The position numbers were made by a program, and so were the translations under genes. DNA of 64,000 nt from Octopus vulgaris (taxonomy: Eukaryota): contig OX597819.1 in NCBI GenBank assembly GCA_951406725.2, positions 65,968,001 through 66,032,000 of the forward strand, in the 5' to 3' direction. Shown here one piece after another: positions 25,280 through 40,886 of this stretch; positions within the stretch are counted from its first letter, which is position 1; each line of letters begins with the position of its first letter. The notes beneath the pieces are model-generated. The model was not told the DNA's origin. It saw only the letters and a list, made by a program, of their open reading frames with translations, and did no database searches.

Positions 25280-25940
25280 GTGTATGTACTAGGATTTAAT
25301 ACTCCTGCTTGTTCTTGCTTGCGTGAGCGCACACACGGTTTCTGGCCTGGTTACCTTGCACATTAACTACACTGGATGTGAGGGATCCTCTAATTAGCCG
25401 TCAACATCTATGAGATATATACTATGGTTCCGGAACACCTTGTCTCCTTTGCCTTCGATATTAAGAGTTGCTGCAGTGTTCCGCAAACAGATTTCGACTT
25501 AAACTCTGCACGGACATCACTCATAATTATTTTGAAGTTTTTAATGGTGCCCTCACTCGTTGAACAAGAGTGGGGAACCATCATATATAATAAACAAAAG
25601 GACAGCAAAAAACGTTTATTCAAAAGTGTAAAAGGCGCCGATCAGAAACTAATAATATATGTTACCTTTCAACCTGCAACTTTAGCGGGCGTGTATAAAT
25701 TATTATATGAAGTACTCTCAAGTAACAACGATTTTTCTACAAATTTTTGTTGGTGTTCCTACCCTTCTTTGTTGTATAGAGACTAGATGATATTTATTTA
25801 ACTTTCGATAAACCCTGCTCAAGCCAACTTGTCATTAAAGTTCTTCCAAAAGTGACTCTCCCCGTCTGTTTCTGTCCAGTTTTATCTAGGACTAAACCTT
25901 ACTGTGTATCGTACATATATATTTTTAAAAAATAAGATAG

Positions 25941-26336
25941 GGATCTTTTCGGTTTGAACGGCAGTTTTTTAAAATAATTTCCACGTAACTAAACACTTTT
26001 AAACTTCGTATACTGGTAGAATGTATTTATAAAACATCTTTTTCTCTTGGCTTTATTGAGAAAATTCTATAGTTTGTAAGATATTTGTTGTTTTTTTTCT
26101 TCAATTTCTGCAATTTCAACCAATCACTGACGTCCATTGAGGTAAACAACATTCTGTGCCGTATGAATATGTCCCTCGTTTAAGAAACAGATTGGGTTTA
26201 TTTACATTTGTGAAGAAAAAAATACCCTTCCCCCACCCCTAACCCTAAAATAGATTGAAATGCTATAGATCGATACTAGGGTCATAATTTCATATGACAC
26301 CGCTAGAAAAAACTGCCGTTCAAACTGAAAAGATCC
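25941..26336. mobile_element. MITE, probably Merlin superfamily
   Basis: 30-bp TIRs GGATCTTTTC(G/A)GTTTGAACGGCAGTTTTTT with one mismatch and GG termini; 8-bp TSD TAAGATAG/TAAGATAT (7/8). Confidence 0.88.
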
Positions 26337-26425
26337 TAAGATATGATTTGAAAAGAATTTTGCTGCTATTTCTAGCAGCTAGAATACCCATATAAATGAA
26401 CCATACTGAATTCCTCCCTCCCTCC

Positions 26426-26470
<45 letters not shown>

Positions 26471-27218
26471 CAGGTTGTTGAACATGGATGTGAACAACGA
26501 CCTGCAGTACAAAACGGAAGGCGACCTCAGAACAGCGATATGCTGGTCGTCTCCCCGAACATATCTACGAAATTACGGAAGTATAGCGATTTATTTGTTT
26601 ATAAAATTTACTACAAACGGAAATGAAATGACTTTAACTAGTCATTGCAATCACACACTCCATAGATTACTATCTACATTGCACGCTTGTACAAAGATTC
26701 TAAGGTAGGTCCCATTTTTTAATGAAATATACCAGAAAACAGTAATTAACTCGGTTTAATTAATCCCAGTAGTTATTGTATCTCAGGTCGTTGTTTACAT
26801 ATTCGACATAGACACACGCACACACATATGCATATTACCTACATACATCGCTCTGTTATCAGTCACTGTCACTACGGTAACCACCTGTTGTTAGTTATCT
26901 CCCTTTGTCACTTGTCTCTGATGACATATATTTTAAGTCGTCACACCTTTGTGATGCTACTAGGGACAAAAATACTACCTTTTTATAAACTACCCCCAGT
27001 TTGCCACAACAGAAAACAGCACGACCTCACCATTGTACCTGAACCTATATATATATATATATATATATATAACTTTTACTCTTCCCTAGATTCACGTTTA
27101 CATTAATTAAAGTGTCCTGCCTTAATTTTGTTTCCTTCTTTATATATATTTATACATATAGATAGTTAGATACTAATCTCGAACAGAGAGAGTGAGTGCC
27201 TCCACAAATACTGTGTGT

Positions 27219-27269
<51 letters not shown>

Positions 27270-27499
27270 CGTTTTGGGATTTGGTTTGCAAGTTTCTTTA
27301 TGTGAGTTCGTGTGTTGAAGCATATTCTGTTGTGTCTGGAAAGAGGAAATTTTACTGGTGAGTGTGTTAAATTATAGGGCACCAAAAGAGAATGACCCCA
27401 GACATAACAGAACACACATATATATAATGTGTGTGTGTGTATCTATATATTCCGACGATTCTTTTTTTTTTTGTATATATACTCATTCATAATAAATGG

Positions 27500-27625
27500 C
27501 AGTTTGATGCCCTGTTCGCGAAATGGTTCCCTCATAACTTCCTGAAATACACATAGTTTGTTAATGAACTTTTGCTCAGATTCGTTTCCGGCGGTGTAAA
27601 ATAACAATTATGGCGGTAAAATATT
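27500..27625 (+). promoter_or_regulatory. Candidate housekeeping-type promoter / first exon
   Basis: TTCGCGAA (27515), ETS-like TTCCGG (about 27586) and YY1-like ATGGCG (27610) followed by a possible donor GTAAAA; lies at the CpG-rich to CpG-poor boundary. Confidence 0.35.
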
Positions 27626-28059
27626 TAGAAACACGAATGTTTCAGATCGTTCTAATTCTTCCCTCGCCTGAGACGTTCTTACTAATTCTTCGTAACTAGT
27701 TGTTTTTTTTCCTCCATAGTTCTCAGTTTCTAAATATCAACATTGCCAAATCTACTTTCTCAAAAGCTTTCTGCTGCAAAATGTCATTAAAAAAAAATCT
27801 ATTTTAAAGAGTTATAAAAAAATTAATTTGAGATGGGAAAAACTAGGATGTGAAATTATTTCAAATGTATAAATAATAACATTATAATGAACAAAAATAA
27901 TAATGTTAACATCGTTCCGTCGTGACTTTCTGCAAATAAAATGATAAATGCATATTAAATGAAATTTTGCCGAAACAGGTTTTCGGGACGAAGATTATTG
28001 TTATTATTTTTATCACTTCGTCCGTCGTTGTAGACGATGATAAAGAATATTACACGGGA

Positions 28060-28560
28060 TAAGAAGACGGGGTACGATATGTTTGGCTGTTGCCAATGTA
28101 CCTCATGCATGCCTGGAAGGCTCTGTGCCGCAGGTCGGGTACTGGTGGTGGTCGTGATGGGTGGTGTCTGTTGGGCTGAAAAGCAGAGTTGACTCTGTAT
28201 TTGCTTAGTTCGCGTTTTCTTTATGCCTCTAATAACCTCAGTCGCTTGACGTTTTTCAACCACACTGCGTTAGGCATGTGATGCCTTCACGCAGACTCCT
28301 TCGAGGTGTTTTGTCTGAATCGCATCATTAATATTCATAATCAGCATGACACCTATTTCTATAAATATTGATCATATTGATCACTGTTTAACTTGCCAAA
28401 TGTGGAGAATATGCTTCTGCGAGGAAGTCTGGAAATACCAAAATATGTCGGTTGTTTTCATCAGTTGTCTTTTAAAATCCACATCCACCCCAACCTGCTT
28501 TGTCTGTATTCTTTGCAGTAGTAGAAAAACTTAGCACCAACTGCATAGTTTCTGGCATTC
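28060..28560 (-). mobile_element. Degenerate RTE LINE 3' end relic
   Basis: Minus strand ..HA*RSVVEKRQATEVIRGIKKTRTK..TTTT followed by frameshifted PTCG..AFQA..IG resembles the RTE C-terminal WRSxV..CPTCGRAFRARIGL region. Confidence 0.55.
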
Positions 28561-28799
28561 ATTTATGTGTGTGTATATACTTACAAGGTGAGCAAAAGTG
28601 TGCATGGAACGCTATATGTATATATAAATCTCCAAAATGGAACGAGAATGCATCAAACAACAATAAAACATCCGAATAGGTAGACGATATAGAGACGGAC
28701 ATGAAAAACACAAGGTCATATATATATATATATATATTTTTTTTTTTTTCAGGATTAAATAAAAAGACAACAAACGGAAGATATGACATACCTATATGA

Positions 28800-29189
28800 T
28801 GATGGCCTCCGTGCCAGTAGCACGTAAAAAGCTTCATTCGAGCGTGATCGTTACCTACGTCGCCTTACTGGCACTTGTCCTGGTGGCACATGAAAAAACA
28901 TTCGAGCAAGGTCGTTGCCAGTGTTGCTGGACTGGCTCCTGTGCAGGTGGCCCATAAAAAACACCATTTGAGCATGGCCGTTGCCAGTACCGCCTGACTA
29001 GCACGTAAAAACACCCACTACACTCTCGGAGTGGTTGGCGTTAGGAAGGGCATCCAGCAGTAGAAACTCTGCCGGATCAGATTGGAGTCTGGTGCAGCCA
29101 TCTAGTTCGCCAGATTTCAGTCAAATCATCCAACCCATGCTAGCATGGAAAGCGGACGTTAAACAATGACAATGTTGATGATGATGATG

Positions 29190-29190
<1 letters not shown>
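28800..29190 (+). mobile_element. SINE/retroposon family C with internal ~60-bp repeats and (GAT)n tail
   Basis: CACCCACTACACTCTCGGAGTGGTTGGCGTTAGGAAGGGCATCCAGC..CATGCTAGCATGGAAAGCGGACGTTAAAC. Confidence 0.85.
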
Positions 29191-29234
<44 letters not shown>

Positions 29235-29411
29235 ATTTTTTTTTAAATGTAGTAAATAAATAAACAAACGAACATATACTAAATGCTCAGACGAACAGAA
29301 AACACAGAAGGTCATCAACAATCCATCAGTTATCGGCCAGAGGGTCAAATGCAATTTCAGCCAATATTGATAATATTGCATCCACTCTGGAGCTCTCCTT
29401 GGAGGAGGGCT

Positions 29412-29770
29412 CAGGAGTGGCTGTGTTGAGAAGCTTGCTTCCCAGCCACATGGTTCCAGGTTCAATCCCACTAAGTGGCACCTTTGGCAAGTGTCTCCTG
29501 CTATAGCCTCAGGCTGACCAAAGCTTTGTGAGTGGATTCAGTGGAGAGAAACTGAAAGAAGCCTGTCATGTGTGTGTGTGTGTGTATGTATTTGTGTGTC
29601 TGTGCTTGTCCCCCCCACCATCACTTGACAACCGATGCTGGTGTGTTTGTCCCCGTAACTTAGTGGTTCGGCAAAAGAGACCATTAGAATAAGTACTTGG
29701 CTTACAGAGAATAACTCCTGGTGCTCCAGCATGGCCATAGTCAAATGACTGAAACGAGTAAACGAAAGAT
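29412..29770 (+). mobile_element. SINE B
   Basis: Head to GCTCCAGCATGGCC..GACTGAAAC tail. Confidence 0.88.
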
Positions 29771-30424
29771 TATACATATATATATACAGATGGTTGCAAT
29801 TTTTCACCAAAAAAAGAGAATTATAATTGTCGCAAAATGTGAATGGGTATTATGAAACATATATATATGTTATGAAACATATATATATATATAAAAGGTG
29901 GATTTTTTCTAATTTTTTTATATATATATTATATTGTGTGAAATTTGATTTAGTATTTCTAAATTTAATTTTTTCCCTGTAAGTTTGGATTTATATTCCC
30001 TCAAATAATAATTATTATATATATAATAATCAAAATAAGCAACAAGGATATCCAGGGGTAATGCAGTACACTCGTTTCCTGCAACTCCATTTAATTGAAC
30101 AATGCAATCATTAAATCTATTTAAAATGTAGAACAATCTTCAGCTGCACAAAGACATAGAATTTAATTAAATTAGAACAGATGGACACATTAGTATAATT
30201 ATACCTAAAATCTCCAAGAAGTTAAGGAGATAGACAACATGTTCTTTGGAAAGGTATAATATGAGGGCCAGGTAAGTTTGCTTTAAATGCTAAAGAGTTA
30301 AGATTTTTTTATACAATTCATAGACAATTGAAATAGCTTTGTTGAATAAGCATTAGGCATCCTCTATGCATTCCCTCTATGCAGCCTGTTGATAAAGTTT
30401 TGTTCATATTTACTAATAATGAAA

Positions 30425-30640
30425 TCAGTGAGCTGCCAGAATCTTGAGGACGCCAGGGGAAATGCTTTGCAGCACTTCACCTGCCTGCACTTTCTGAGTT
30501 CAATTTCCACTGTGGTTGCCTTTGCATTTTCATCCTTTTGGGGTCAATAAATTAAATACCAGTGAAACACTGGGATCGCTGTATTGACTGGTCCCTTCCC
30601 ACCAAAGTTCAGGCCGTGTGCCTCTAGTAGAAAGGATATT
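30425..30640 (+). mobile_element. SINE A, CpG-decayed
   Basis: GTGAGCTGCCAGAA head, core and short tail. Confidence 0.75.
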
Positions 30641-31517
30641 TACTAGTAATCAAAATTATTACAGTTTCACATGACCCTTTTTATACTAAACTACCGTTGG
30701 TTCTGTTAACCCAAATTTTCTGTCATAAAGTGATCTGAATTAAAACCTATCAAACTTTCATGTTAAATTAAGTTCTAAACACCAGTTTAATGGCAGTCAT
30801 TTTGCTAAATTCTTGAAATATGTTCAAAATTAATTGAAACAAAAATAGGTCATTTCAACATAAATTCTTTAAAGTGGTTAATTAGCTTTGGAGGATGGTT
30901 GCAGCAGATAATGCTTTCAGTCACATCTACACCAATTAATACTCATCATTTTAACGAGTTTGTTAAAAAAATTACAATTTCCTTCAGTAGGAGATTTTGT
31001 CTGCTAATTGCTTAGGTTACCTCAAAGTTTTACACACCTGATCCTACAGTATTTAGGCAATCTTATCAAATAACAATGAGAAAATTGTCTTTTAAGAAAA
31101 TTGATTTTCTCCTTCACTTTATTTTTAATTAGTTACAAAGCGAGTTTTGTGACCAAATGATTTCAGGTTCCGCTCCAGTGTGCAGCACTTTGAGCAAGTG
31201 TCCTCTACTATGGGCCTGAACCAACCAATGCTTTGTGAATGAATTTGGTAGATGGAAATGATATGAAAGCTTGTAGTTTTACAAGCTGTATGGCAATCAC
31301 ACTGGTAGTAGTGGCACAGAGGAAGCACCCAGTGCATGCTGTAAAGTGGTTGCCATTCGGTAGAGCATCCAACTGTAAATGCCATTCCAAAAAAGACATT
31401 GGAGTACAATGCAGTCTTTGGACCTGTCAAATCATGTCAGACCATTCTGTCCATGCTTGTATGGAACAAGAACATTAAATGATGATGATGATTATGATGT
31501 ATTAAATAGTTGCACAC

Positions 31518-31677
31518 AGGTGCCGGTGTGGCTGTGTGGTAAGAAGCTTGCTTCTCAACCACATGGTTCTGGTTTCAGTCCCACTGTGTGTCATCTTGGT
31601 CAAGTGTCTTTTATAGCCTCGAGCCAACCTAAGCCTTGTGAGTGGATTTGGTAGATGGAAACTGAAAGAAGCCCATC

Positions 31678-31715
<38 letters not shown>

Positions 31716-31935
31716 TTATATATGTGTATGTCTTTTTTGTCTGTTCCTCCCACAGCCACCATTGCTTAACAACCGATGTTGGTATGTTTATGTCCCTGTA
31801 ACTTAGTGGTTTGGCAAAAAGACCAGTAGAATAAGAACTAGGCTTACAAAGAATTAAGTCCTAGGGTCGATTTGTTTGACTACACATGGTGCTCCAGCAT
31901 AGCCACAGTCAAATGACTGAAACAAGTAAAAGAAT
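31518..31935 (+). mobile_element. SINE B
   Basis: Full-length, CpG-decayed copy. Confidence 0.88.
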
Positions 31936-32894
31936 TTTGCTTTTTCAGAAAGAATTAAAAATACAGAAGTGGATTAATATATGTGTGTATACATGCACAC
32001 ACACACGCACACATGCAGAAGCATGTGTGTGTGTGTGTGTTTCTATATATTAATCCTCTTGTTATAATCATTATGAAATCAAATTCAACTTTAATCTTAT
32101 TAGAAATATTAGTGTAAACAAAATCTCATTTAATTCCATCATTATCACATGTTATATTGTAATAAAATGTGGTACACTGTTGCAACGGGAAAATCCTGAA
32201 TCGAAACGAATTTACAGTTGTTAGCCTTACCACAACACCGACGTTTTTAGGTGCAGGAGTGGCTGTATGGTAAGCAGCTTGTTTACCAACCACATGGTTC
32301 TGGGTTCAGTCCCACTACATGGCACCTTGGGCAAGTGTCTTCTACTATAGCTTTGTGCCGACTAAAGCCTTGTGAGTGGATTTGGTGGATGGAAACTGAA
32401 AAAAGCCCATTGTAAATATGTGTGTGTATATATATATATATATTTATTTGTGTGTGTGGGTCTTTGTCCCCCACCCCCATTGTTATGTTGACAAGCAATC
32501 TTTACTACAAAGTACTATTGCTGAATATCTCTCGTTGTGTGATTAAAAAATAGTTATTTTCTACTCAGATGTTGTTAGTGTCCACAAAAGTAGGGTGTGG
32601 AGTGGCTAGTTTGTACTGGCATCAAGTTATGCAAGTTATTATAATGAAGTCCAACCAACTAGTGAGATTCTGAAATCATTTATGTCTCAGGTCTGCATAA
32701 TATCTTATAGGAAAAGCATTTGTTACATAAGACCTGTCACTCATTTTCGATTCTTTATTACGCAGACTTGAAAGTTACATGCATGTGAAATGATTTCGAA
32801 ATATCACTATTTAGTTTTGACTTCATTATTACAGCTTATATAATTGGGGAGAGAGGGAGAGAGAGAGAGTCAGGGATACATACATGCTCACACA

Positions 32895-33460
<566 letters not shown>

Positions 33461-35410
33461 AAACTGTTGGAAATTGAAAATTGTCTGCAACTTTCCCATG
33501 AGAAGGAAAGAGCAGACAAAGAAGCCTGGGCTATAGACAACATAAAAACTAACCCCAGAGCTTTCTACAGGTATGCCAAAGAAACGGCTACAGTGCACTG
33601 TAGGATAGGGCCACTCCTTGAAAAGGATGGCACACTCACAGGAAAACCAATGAGGGTAAGTGAAATACTCAATGAACAATTCAAGAGTGTTTTCACTCCA
33701 CCCCTTGGGCATTTCCAAATCAGCAATCCAACTGACTTCTTTACCACTGCAGATATAGAATCAGAGGCGGCGACGATAAGTTACATCGAGATAAAGGAAG
33801 ACGATGTAATAAAGGCTATAGATGAAATGAAAATAGACTCAGCTACTGGCCCCGATGGATTCCCGGCAATCCTCCTAAAAGTATGTAAGAGAGTCTTAGC
33901 AAGACCACTGCAGTCCCTCTTTCAGAGCTTCCTTGCAGCTGGCAAACTTCCAAGGGGACTGAAGGAAGGTAAAATATGCCCTATTCATAAAGGAGGTAGC
34001 AGAGCGGAGGCAAAGAACTACAGACCTATCTCTCTGACCTCACACATCAGCAAGGTCATGGAACGAATAGTCAGAAGGAAACTAATCACCTTCCTTGAAG
34101 AAAATGACTTGCTGCCTGACACCCAACATGGTTTCCGACCAGGAAGAAGCTGCTTAACTCAGCTCCTGCAGCACTATGACTGGGTGCTGAAACAACTGCT
34201 CAACCACTCAAATGTGGAAGTCATATATCTCGACTTCGCAAAGGCCTTCGATAAAGTCGATCACGGAATGATATGTCACAGGCTGCGTGATCTTGGCATA
34301 GTTGGAAAACTAGGAGAATGGCTTCACGACTTTCTGAAGAATAGAAGTCAGGTGGTAGTAGCCAATGGGGCCACTTCCATTAACACGCAAATAATGAGTG
34401 GTGTTCCACAGGGCACTGTTTTGGGACCACTACTGTTCATAATGGCCCTCTCAGACATGCCCTCAGCCACGCAGAGATCCACGATCACAAGTTATGCAGA
34501 TGATACAAAAGTTTCACAGGCAATACAGAACCCTGAGGACACTAAAAACCTGCAATGTGAGCTGGACGAAATATACAAGTGGGCTGAAAAGAATAGCATG
34601 CAGTTCAATGCTGGAAAGTTTCAAGCTTTATACTATCAGCATGCAAAACTGAATGCAATACCCAATGAATACACTGGACCCGGAGGGATTGCAATCCCAG
34701 AGGCACATTCAGTGCGTGACCTGGGTATTCACATGAGTGATGACACGACCTTTCATGTACATGTTGCTAAACTGACAGTGAAATGTAGACGGCTGGCTGG
34801 CTGGATTCTTAGAACCTTTAGAACAAGAGAACAAGAAACCATGATGGTCCTCTGGAAGACACTTGTCCTAAGCCACTTTGACTATTGCTCTCAGCTATGG
34901 TCACCATCCAGTGTCAAGTTGATCACAGAACTTGAGGCGATCCAACGAAGCTACACAAAGAAGATAGCCTCTATGCAGAATGTAAGCTACTGGGAAAGAC
35001 TCAAGAGATTAAAATTATACTCCCTGGAGCGTAGGCGGGAAAGATATGCCATAATATACATCTGGAAGATCCTGGAGGGAAGTGTCCTGAACTTTGGCAT
35101 CGAGAGTTACACAAATGCCAGAACTGGGCGCCACTGCGTGGTGCCTAGGACTTCAAACCTGCCATCAAGATGTAGGACAAGATTCTGTGATAGCCTGGGC
35201 TTCCGAGGCCCACAGCTCTTCAATATCCTCCCGAAGAACCTGAGAGACCTGCATGGGGTGGATACAGATGTCTTTAAAATGAAGCTGGATCTCTTCCTGT
35301 CAGGTGTCCCAGATGAACCAACTTCACGGCAGGAGGGGCAGATGAGGGCAGCTGCATCGAACTCTCTCATGCACCAAATAGCAGTTGCTAGAAAGCCCCC
35401 CATGAAGTGA
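33461..35410 (+). CDS. LINE ORF2 reverse transcriptase (partial, 649 aa, no endonuclease or start codon)
   Basis: Motifs [65 protein letters not shown]; no stops or frameshifts. Confidence 0.93.
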   Translation, partial: KLLEIENCLQLSHEKERADKEAWAIDNIKTNPRAFYRYAKETATVHCRIGPLLEKDGTLTGKPMRVSEILNEQFKSVFTPPLGHFQISNPTDFFTTADIESEAATISYIEIKEDDVIKAIDEMKIDSATGPDGFPAILLKVCKRVLARPLQSLFQSFLAAGKLPRGLKEGKICPIHKGGSRAEAKNYRPISLTSHISKVMERIVRRKLITFLEENDLLPDTQHGFRPGRSCLTQLLQHYDWVLKQLLNHSNVEVIYLDFAKAFDKVDHGMICHRLRDLGIVGKLGEWLHDFLKNRSQVVVANGATSINTQIMSGVPQGTVLGPLLFIMALSDMPSATQRSTITSYADDTKVSQAIQNPEDTKNLQCELDEIYKWAEKNSMQFNAGKFQALYYQHAKLNAIPNEYTGPGGIAIPEAHSVRDLGIHMSDDTTFHVHVAKLTVKCRRLAGWILRTFRTREQETMMVLWKTLVLSHFDYCSQLWSPSSVKLITELEAIQRSYTKKIASMQNVSYWERLKRLKLYSLERRRERYAIIYIWKILEGSVLNFGIESYTNARTGRHCVVPRTSNLPSRCRTRFCDSLGFRGPQLFNILPKNLRDLHGVDTDVFKMKLDLFLSGVPDEPTSRQEGQMRAAASNSLMHQIAVARKPPMK

Positions 35411-35485
35411 AACCAAGTAGCAACACCAAATGGCGGTGCCCCAGCATGGCCACAGCTCATAGGCTGGAACTGGAATCAATCAATC
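33461..35485 (+). mobile_element. 5'-truncated non-LTR retrotransposon (CR1/L2-group LINE), recent insertion
   Basis: RT frame, short 3' UTR and (AATC)3 tail; probable 13-bp TSD ATATAAGTATATA at 33448-33460 and 35486-35498. Confidence 0.93.
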
Positions 35486-36870
<1,385 letters not shown>

Positions 36871-37154
36871 GTTTTGAAGGATTTAATAGTTTGTTTTGTT
36901 TGGAATCTTATTACTTGGTATTAATTTTATTTAATCTCTATGTTGGGTATTGAGATAAGGTTAGGGAGATGAAATGGTTATTCGATTAAACAAAAAGAAA
37001 AATTTTAAATAACCAAACAAACTAAAAAAAATCAGGTTAATAAATCATTGTTAGTATTAGAGTCTGGTTAGGTTTCCCAAGGGCAATGACATATCTTTAA
37101 TCATTAGTCTGTAGATATTGTTATAATAATTATATATATTTATGCATAAAAATG

Positions 37155-37185
<31 letters not shown>

Positions 37186-37323
37186 GTATATATGTGTGTG
37201 TAATTATACACTATATATGTAAAGGTAGGCGTTGTCAACTTATCAGGTGTCAGTAGGCCTCTAAAGATAGACAGATATTGAATTAATTTATTTTGAGTAT
37301 ATTAATAATAATAATAATGATGA

Positions 37324-37350
<27 letters not shown>

Positions 37351-37354
<4 letters not shown>

Positions 37355-37710
37355 CAGAGAGAGCAAACCACCACCAAAGCAACACCAATGTCCTCTCAAT
37401 GATTAGCCAGAGATGATTTTTTAAATGAGAATATCTGAAATAAACTCGATTGCTCTCAGATTTGAGAATACTATAAATTAACCTGACCACTCTCAAAAAT
37501 TCGGTAAAAAGAAAAACAGAAAAATAATCCTGAATCCTTGTCATGTACTGGATTAATACCAAAATCTAATCAGTTTGTGTCAGTCACAAGGCCAAACATC
37601 CCTTAAAGTTTTGTTCGAATTCATCCAGTTGTTCTTGAGATATGTTGTCCACTGACAAACAAATGAACAAATACAACTGAAAACAATGCCTTCGCTAAGG
37701 CAGAAGTAAT
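37351..37710. mobile_element. Non-autonomous Helentron/HINE (DINE-1-like) element
   Basis: CACTCAGAGAGAGCAAACCACCACCAAAGC start, (ACAA)-like stretch and terminal hairpin GCCTTCGCTAAGGC inserted in an (AAT)n tract; family recognised from remembered architecture. Confidence 0.6.
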
Positions 37711-38361
37711 AATCCTTTCTACTAAAAGAACAAGGCCTAAAATTTTGCAAGAGGGGTATAGTCGATTACATTAACCCCAATGCTCCTCAAGTAATTACTT
37801 CATCGAATTTGAACTCAGAACATAGCAATGAATGAAATACTGCTAAGCATTTCGTCCGGTGTACTAACAAATTGGCCAGTTCGGCACCTTAATAATAATA
37901 ATAATAATAGAGGTTTCAAATTTTGCCCCAAAGGCAGCCATTTTGGAGGAGGGTGTGTTTATGTCCCCATAACATAGCAGTTTGGCAAAAGGAAATGATA
38001 AAATACGTATGAGTCCTTAAATCAAAAGGTCTGGTCGTGTTGATTCATTTGACTATAATTTCTTCAAGACAGGGCTCCAGCATGGCCGCAGATGAATGAA
38101 TGAAGCAAGTAAAAGATCAAAGATTAAAATTAGGCTGACGATGACCACCCCCACTGCCAGCTTTCCTTTACCCTATATGTGTACTCATCTATGTATATAC
38201 AAAGTTTCCTTCCAGTTTACAAAGGATTTTTCTGTTCCTAACCCCAACCTAAACCAGTGAATTCCCATATATATATGTGTAGATATGTTGGTATATGTTA
38301 TAGTGTGTTATAGACATTAGACTCTTACACACGTGTGTGTGGAATGTCTAGTGTGCATGTC

Positions 38362-38730
38362 TGCAGGAGTGGCTGTGTTGTAAGTAGCTTGCTTACAAAC
38401 CACATGGTACCGGTTCAGTTCCACAGCATGGAAACTTGGGCAAGTGTCTTCTACTATACCCTCGGGCTGACCAAAGCCTTGTGAGTGGATTTGGTAGATG
38501 GAAACTGAAAGAAGCCCGTCATATATATATGTGTGTGTGTGTATGTTTGTGTGTCTGTGTTTGTTGCCCCACCATTACTTGATAACCGATGCTGGTGTGT
38601 TTACATCTCCGTAATTTTGCAGTTCAGCAAAGGTAATCAATAGAATAAATTCTGGAGTCAAATTTGTTTGACTAAAGGCGGTGCTCCAGCGTGGCTGCAG
38701 TCAAATGACTAAAACAAATAACAGAGTAAA
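38362..38730 (+). mobile_element. SINE B
   Basis: Full-length copy. Confidence 0.88.
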
Positions 38731-38954
38731 AAAAAAAATCATATGTTTGCTTATACAAGTGTACTACTTACACATCCATATGTATATTGTGTGCTTACGT
38801 GTGTCTGTTGCTATTTCGAGTCTTACATTGGTATTCTTCTTTGATTTAATTCCTGATTTAATCTTTTAATCTGGATTTTGATTAATTTTTCATTTGAGGA
38901 GTGGTGGTAATGAAGCAAGCTAACGAAGTTAAAATATATCTTGTGAGAAAATCA

Positions 38955-39140
38955 TGCTTGTGTGTTCATATCTATGTATGTGTGCATGTATATATCTATA
39001 TATGTGTGTGTGTATATGTGTGCCATTGTATATCTATGTGTGTGTATGTTTGTGCATGTATATATCTATGTATGTATGTGTGTGTGTATCTGTGTGCATG
39101 TATATATATATATGTATGTGTGTGTGTATCTGTGTGCATG

Positions 39141-39171
<31 letters not shown>

Positions 39172-39315
39172 ATGTATATGTGTGCATGTATATATCTATG
39201 TATGTATGTATATGTGTGCATGTATATATATATATATATATACACGAGTGTGTCTATGTATGTGTGTGCCTCTTTGTGTGTGTGTGTATGTATATATGCA
39301 TATATGTATATTTGT
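38955..39315. repeat. Degenerate (TG)/(TA) microsatellite
   Basis: Directly visible. Confidence 0.9.
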
Positions 39316-39560
39316 GTTGCAATTTTAAATAAGCATTGGGAGTAAATTCATAATATTTGCCAATTGAGGCAAGTGGTTTAATAATTAAAGTCTAGTCAAT
39401 TCCATAATTAGAGAATTTATTGTTTAATTAGTTTAGACTGGAAATGGTAGAATAAAGCCTGATGACTTTATCAGCCTACTGGAGAAACCATCAGGTGAAA
39501 TTTGGAGCCCCTTTTTTTTCATGATTTATAAATTTATTTTTTTTTGCTCGAGGCTGTCAT

Positions 39561-39980
39561 TTGTTTCAGTCATTTGACTGCGGCCATGCTGGAGCACCAC
39601 CTTTAGTCAAACAAATCGACCCTAGGACTTATTCTTTGTAAGCCTAGTACTTATTCTATCGATCTCTATTTTGCCGAACTGCTAAGTGACGGGGATGTAA
39701 ACACACCACCATCGGTTGTCAAGCGATGTTGGGGGGGGGGGGACAAACACAGACACACACACACACATACATACACACATACATACATACACACATATTT
39801 GTGTATATATATATATATATATGATGGGCTTCTTTCAGTTTCCGTCTACCAAATCCACCCACTCCCAAGGCTTTGGTTGGCCCTAGGCTTTAGTAGAAGA
39901 CACTTGCTCAATGTGCCATGCAGTGGGACTAAACCCAGAATCATGTGATTGGTAAGCAATCTCCTTGCCATACAGCTACA
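39561..39980 (-). mobile_element. SINE B
   Basis: Full-length reverse copy. Confidence 0.9.
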
Positions 39981-40886
39981 CACAACATACATACTGATGT
40001 TTTTAGGTCTATGTTCCCTATTTGCATCGCCAAACCTTTATATACACACACATATATATACATACACACACATAACATGCGTGTGTGTGTATATATATAT
40101 ATATATATACATATGAGAGAGAGAGAGATGTATATGTGTGTACATGTGTCTACACAACATCAAGGTATATAATAAATATATTGTATAGGTTCATGTGTGA
40201 GGAAGGAGTTAGTGCTTCTATCTTGCCTATCAATGTAGTCTCCCTAAGCAGTCTTTAGTTTATCTGGCACCTGCCAGGCCATGGCCGGAAGTGGAGTGTC
40301 AATATTAGTATGACAGTGGTGGTGGTGGTCATGGTGTTCAAATTTTTGTAACCTAGCAACTGGTAATGGGGGTGTATAATCTTCCTGCTGGCAACTAGGT
40401 CACCAGATAACATGAATACACTACATGTGTAGATAATACATGTGGCTAGGATATATATACAATACACACACACACACAGTTCGTACACAATTTTTTCATG
40501 TATACAAAATGTTATTATAGACTTAGGTATTGTGTGTATAAGCACAGAACAATACAAATTATATATATGTATTTTAATGATTATATACATAATTATAACG
40601 AAGGATTGACTAGAAGCTTCACCATGCGTTGGAAAAATAGATGACAAAATACACTATTACCAACTTAAAATCTCTGGAGATTATCAACCCTGTGTGTTAT
40701 TCTCGGAGAATTTAAGGTGGTAATAGCATATTTTGGCATCTATTTTTCTGGCACCTGGAAAGGCTTATAGCCAGTCTCTTATTATAATTATGTATATAAT
40801 TATTAAGATATGTGTAAAATTTACCTATAAGGTTTATATTTCCACACTGTCCCCCTGGTAAAAATCATTAATGATTTTTACCCCTT

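Noticed and set aside
27955-28263. Minus-strand host exon with GAG|GTACAT donor
   Set aside because: Better explained as an RTE C-terminal relic; there is an upstream in-frame stop and no acceptor.
39455-39500. CTGATGA..GAAA hammerhead candidate
   Set aside because: No stem I or stem II pairing; merely a CCTGATG/CATCAGG inverted match.
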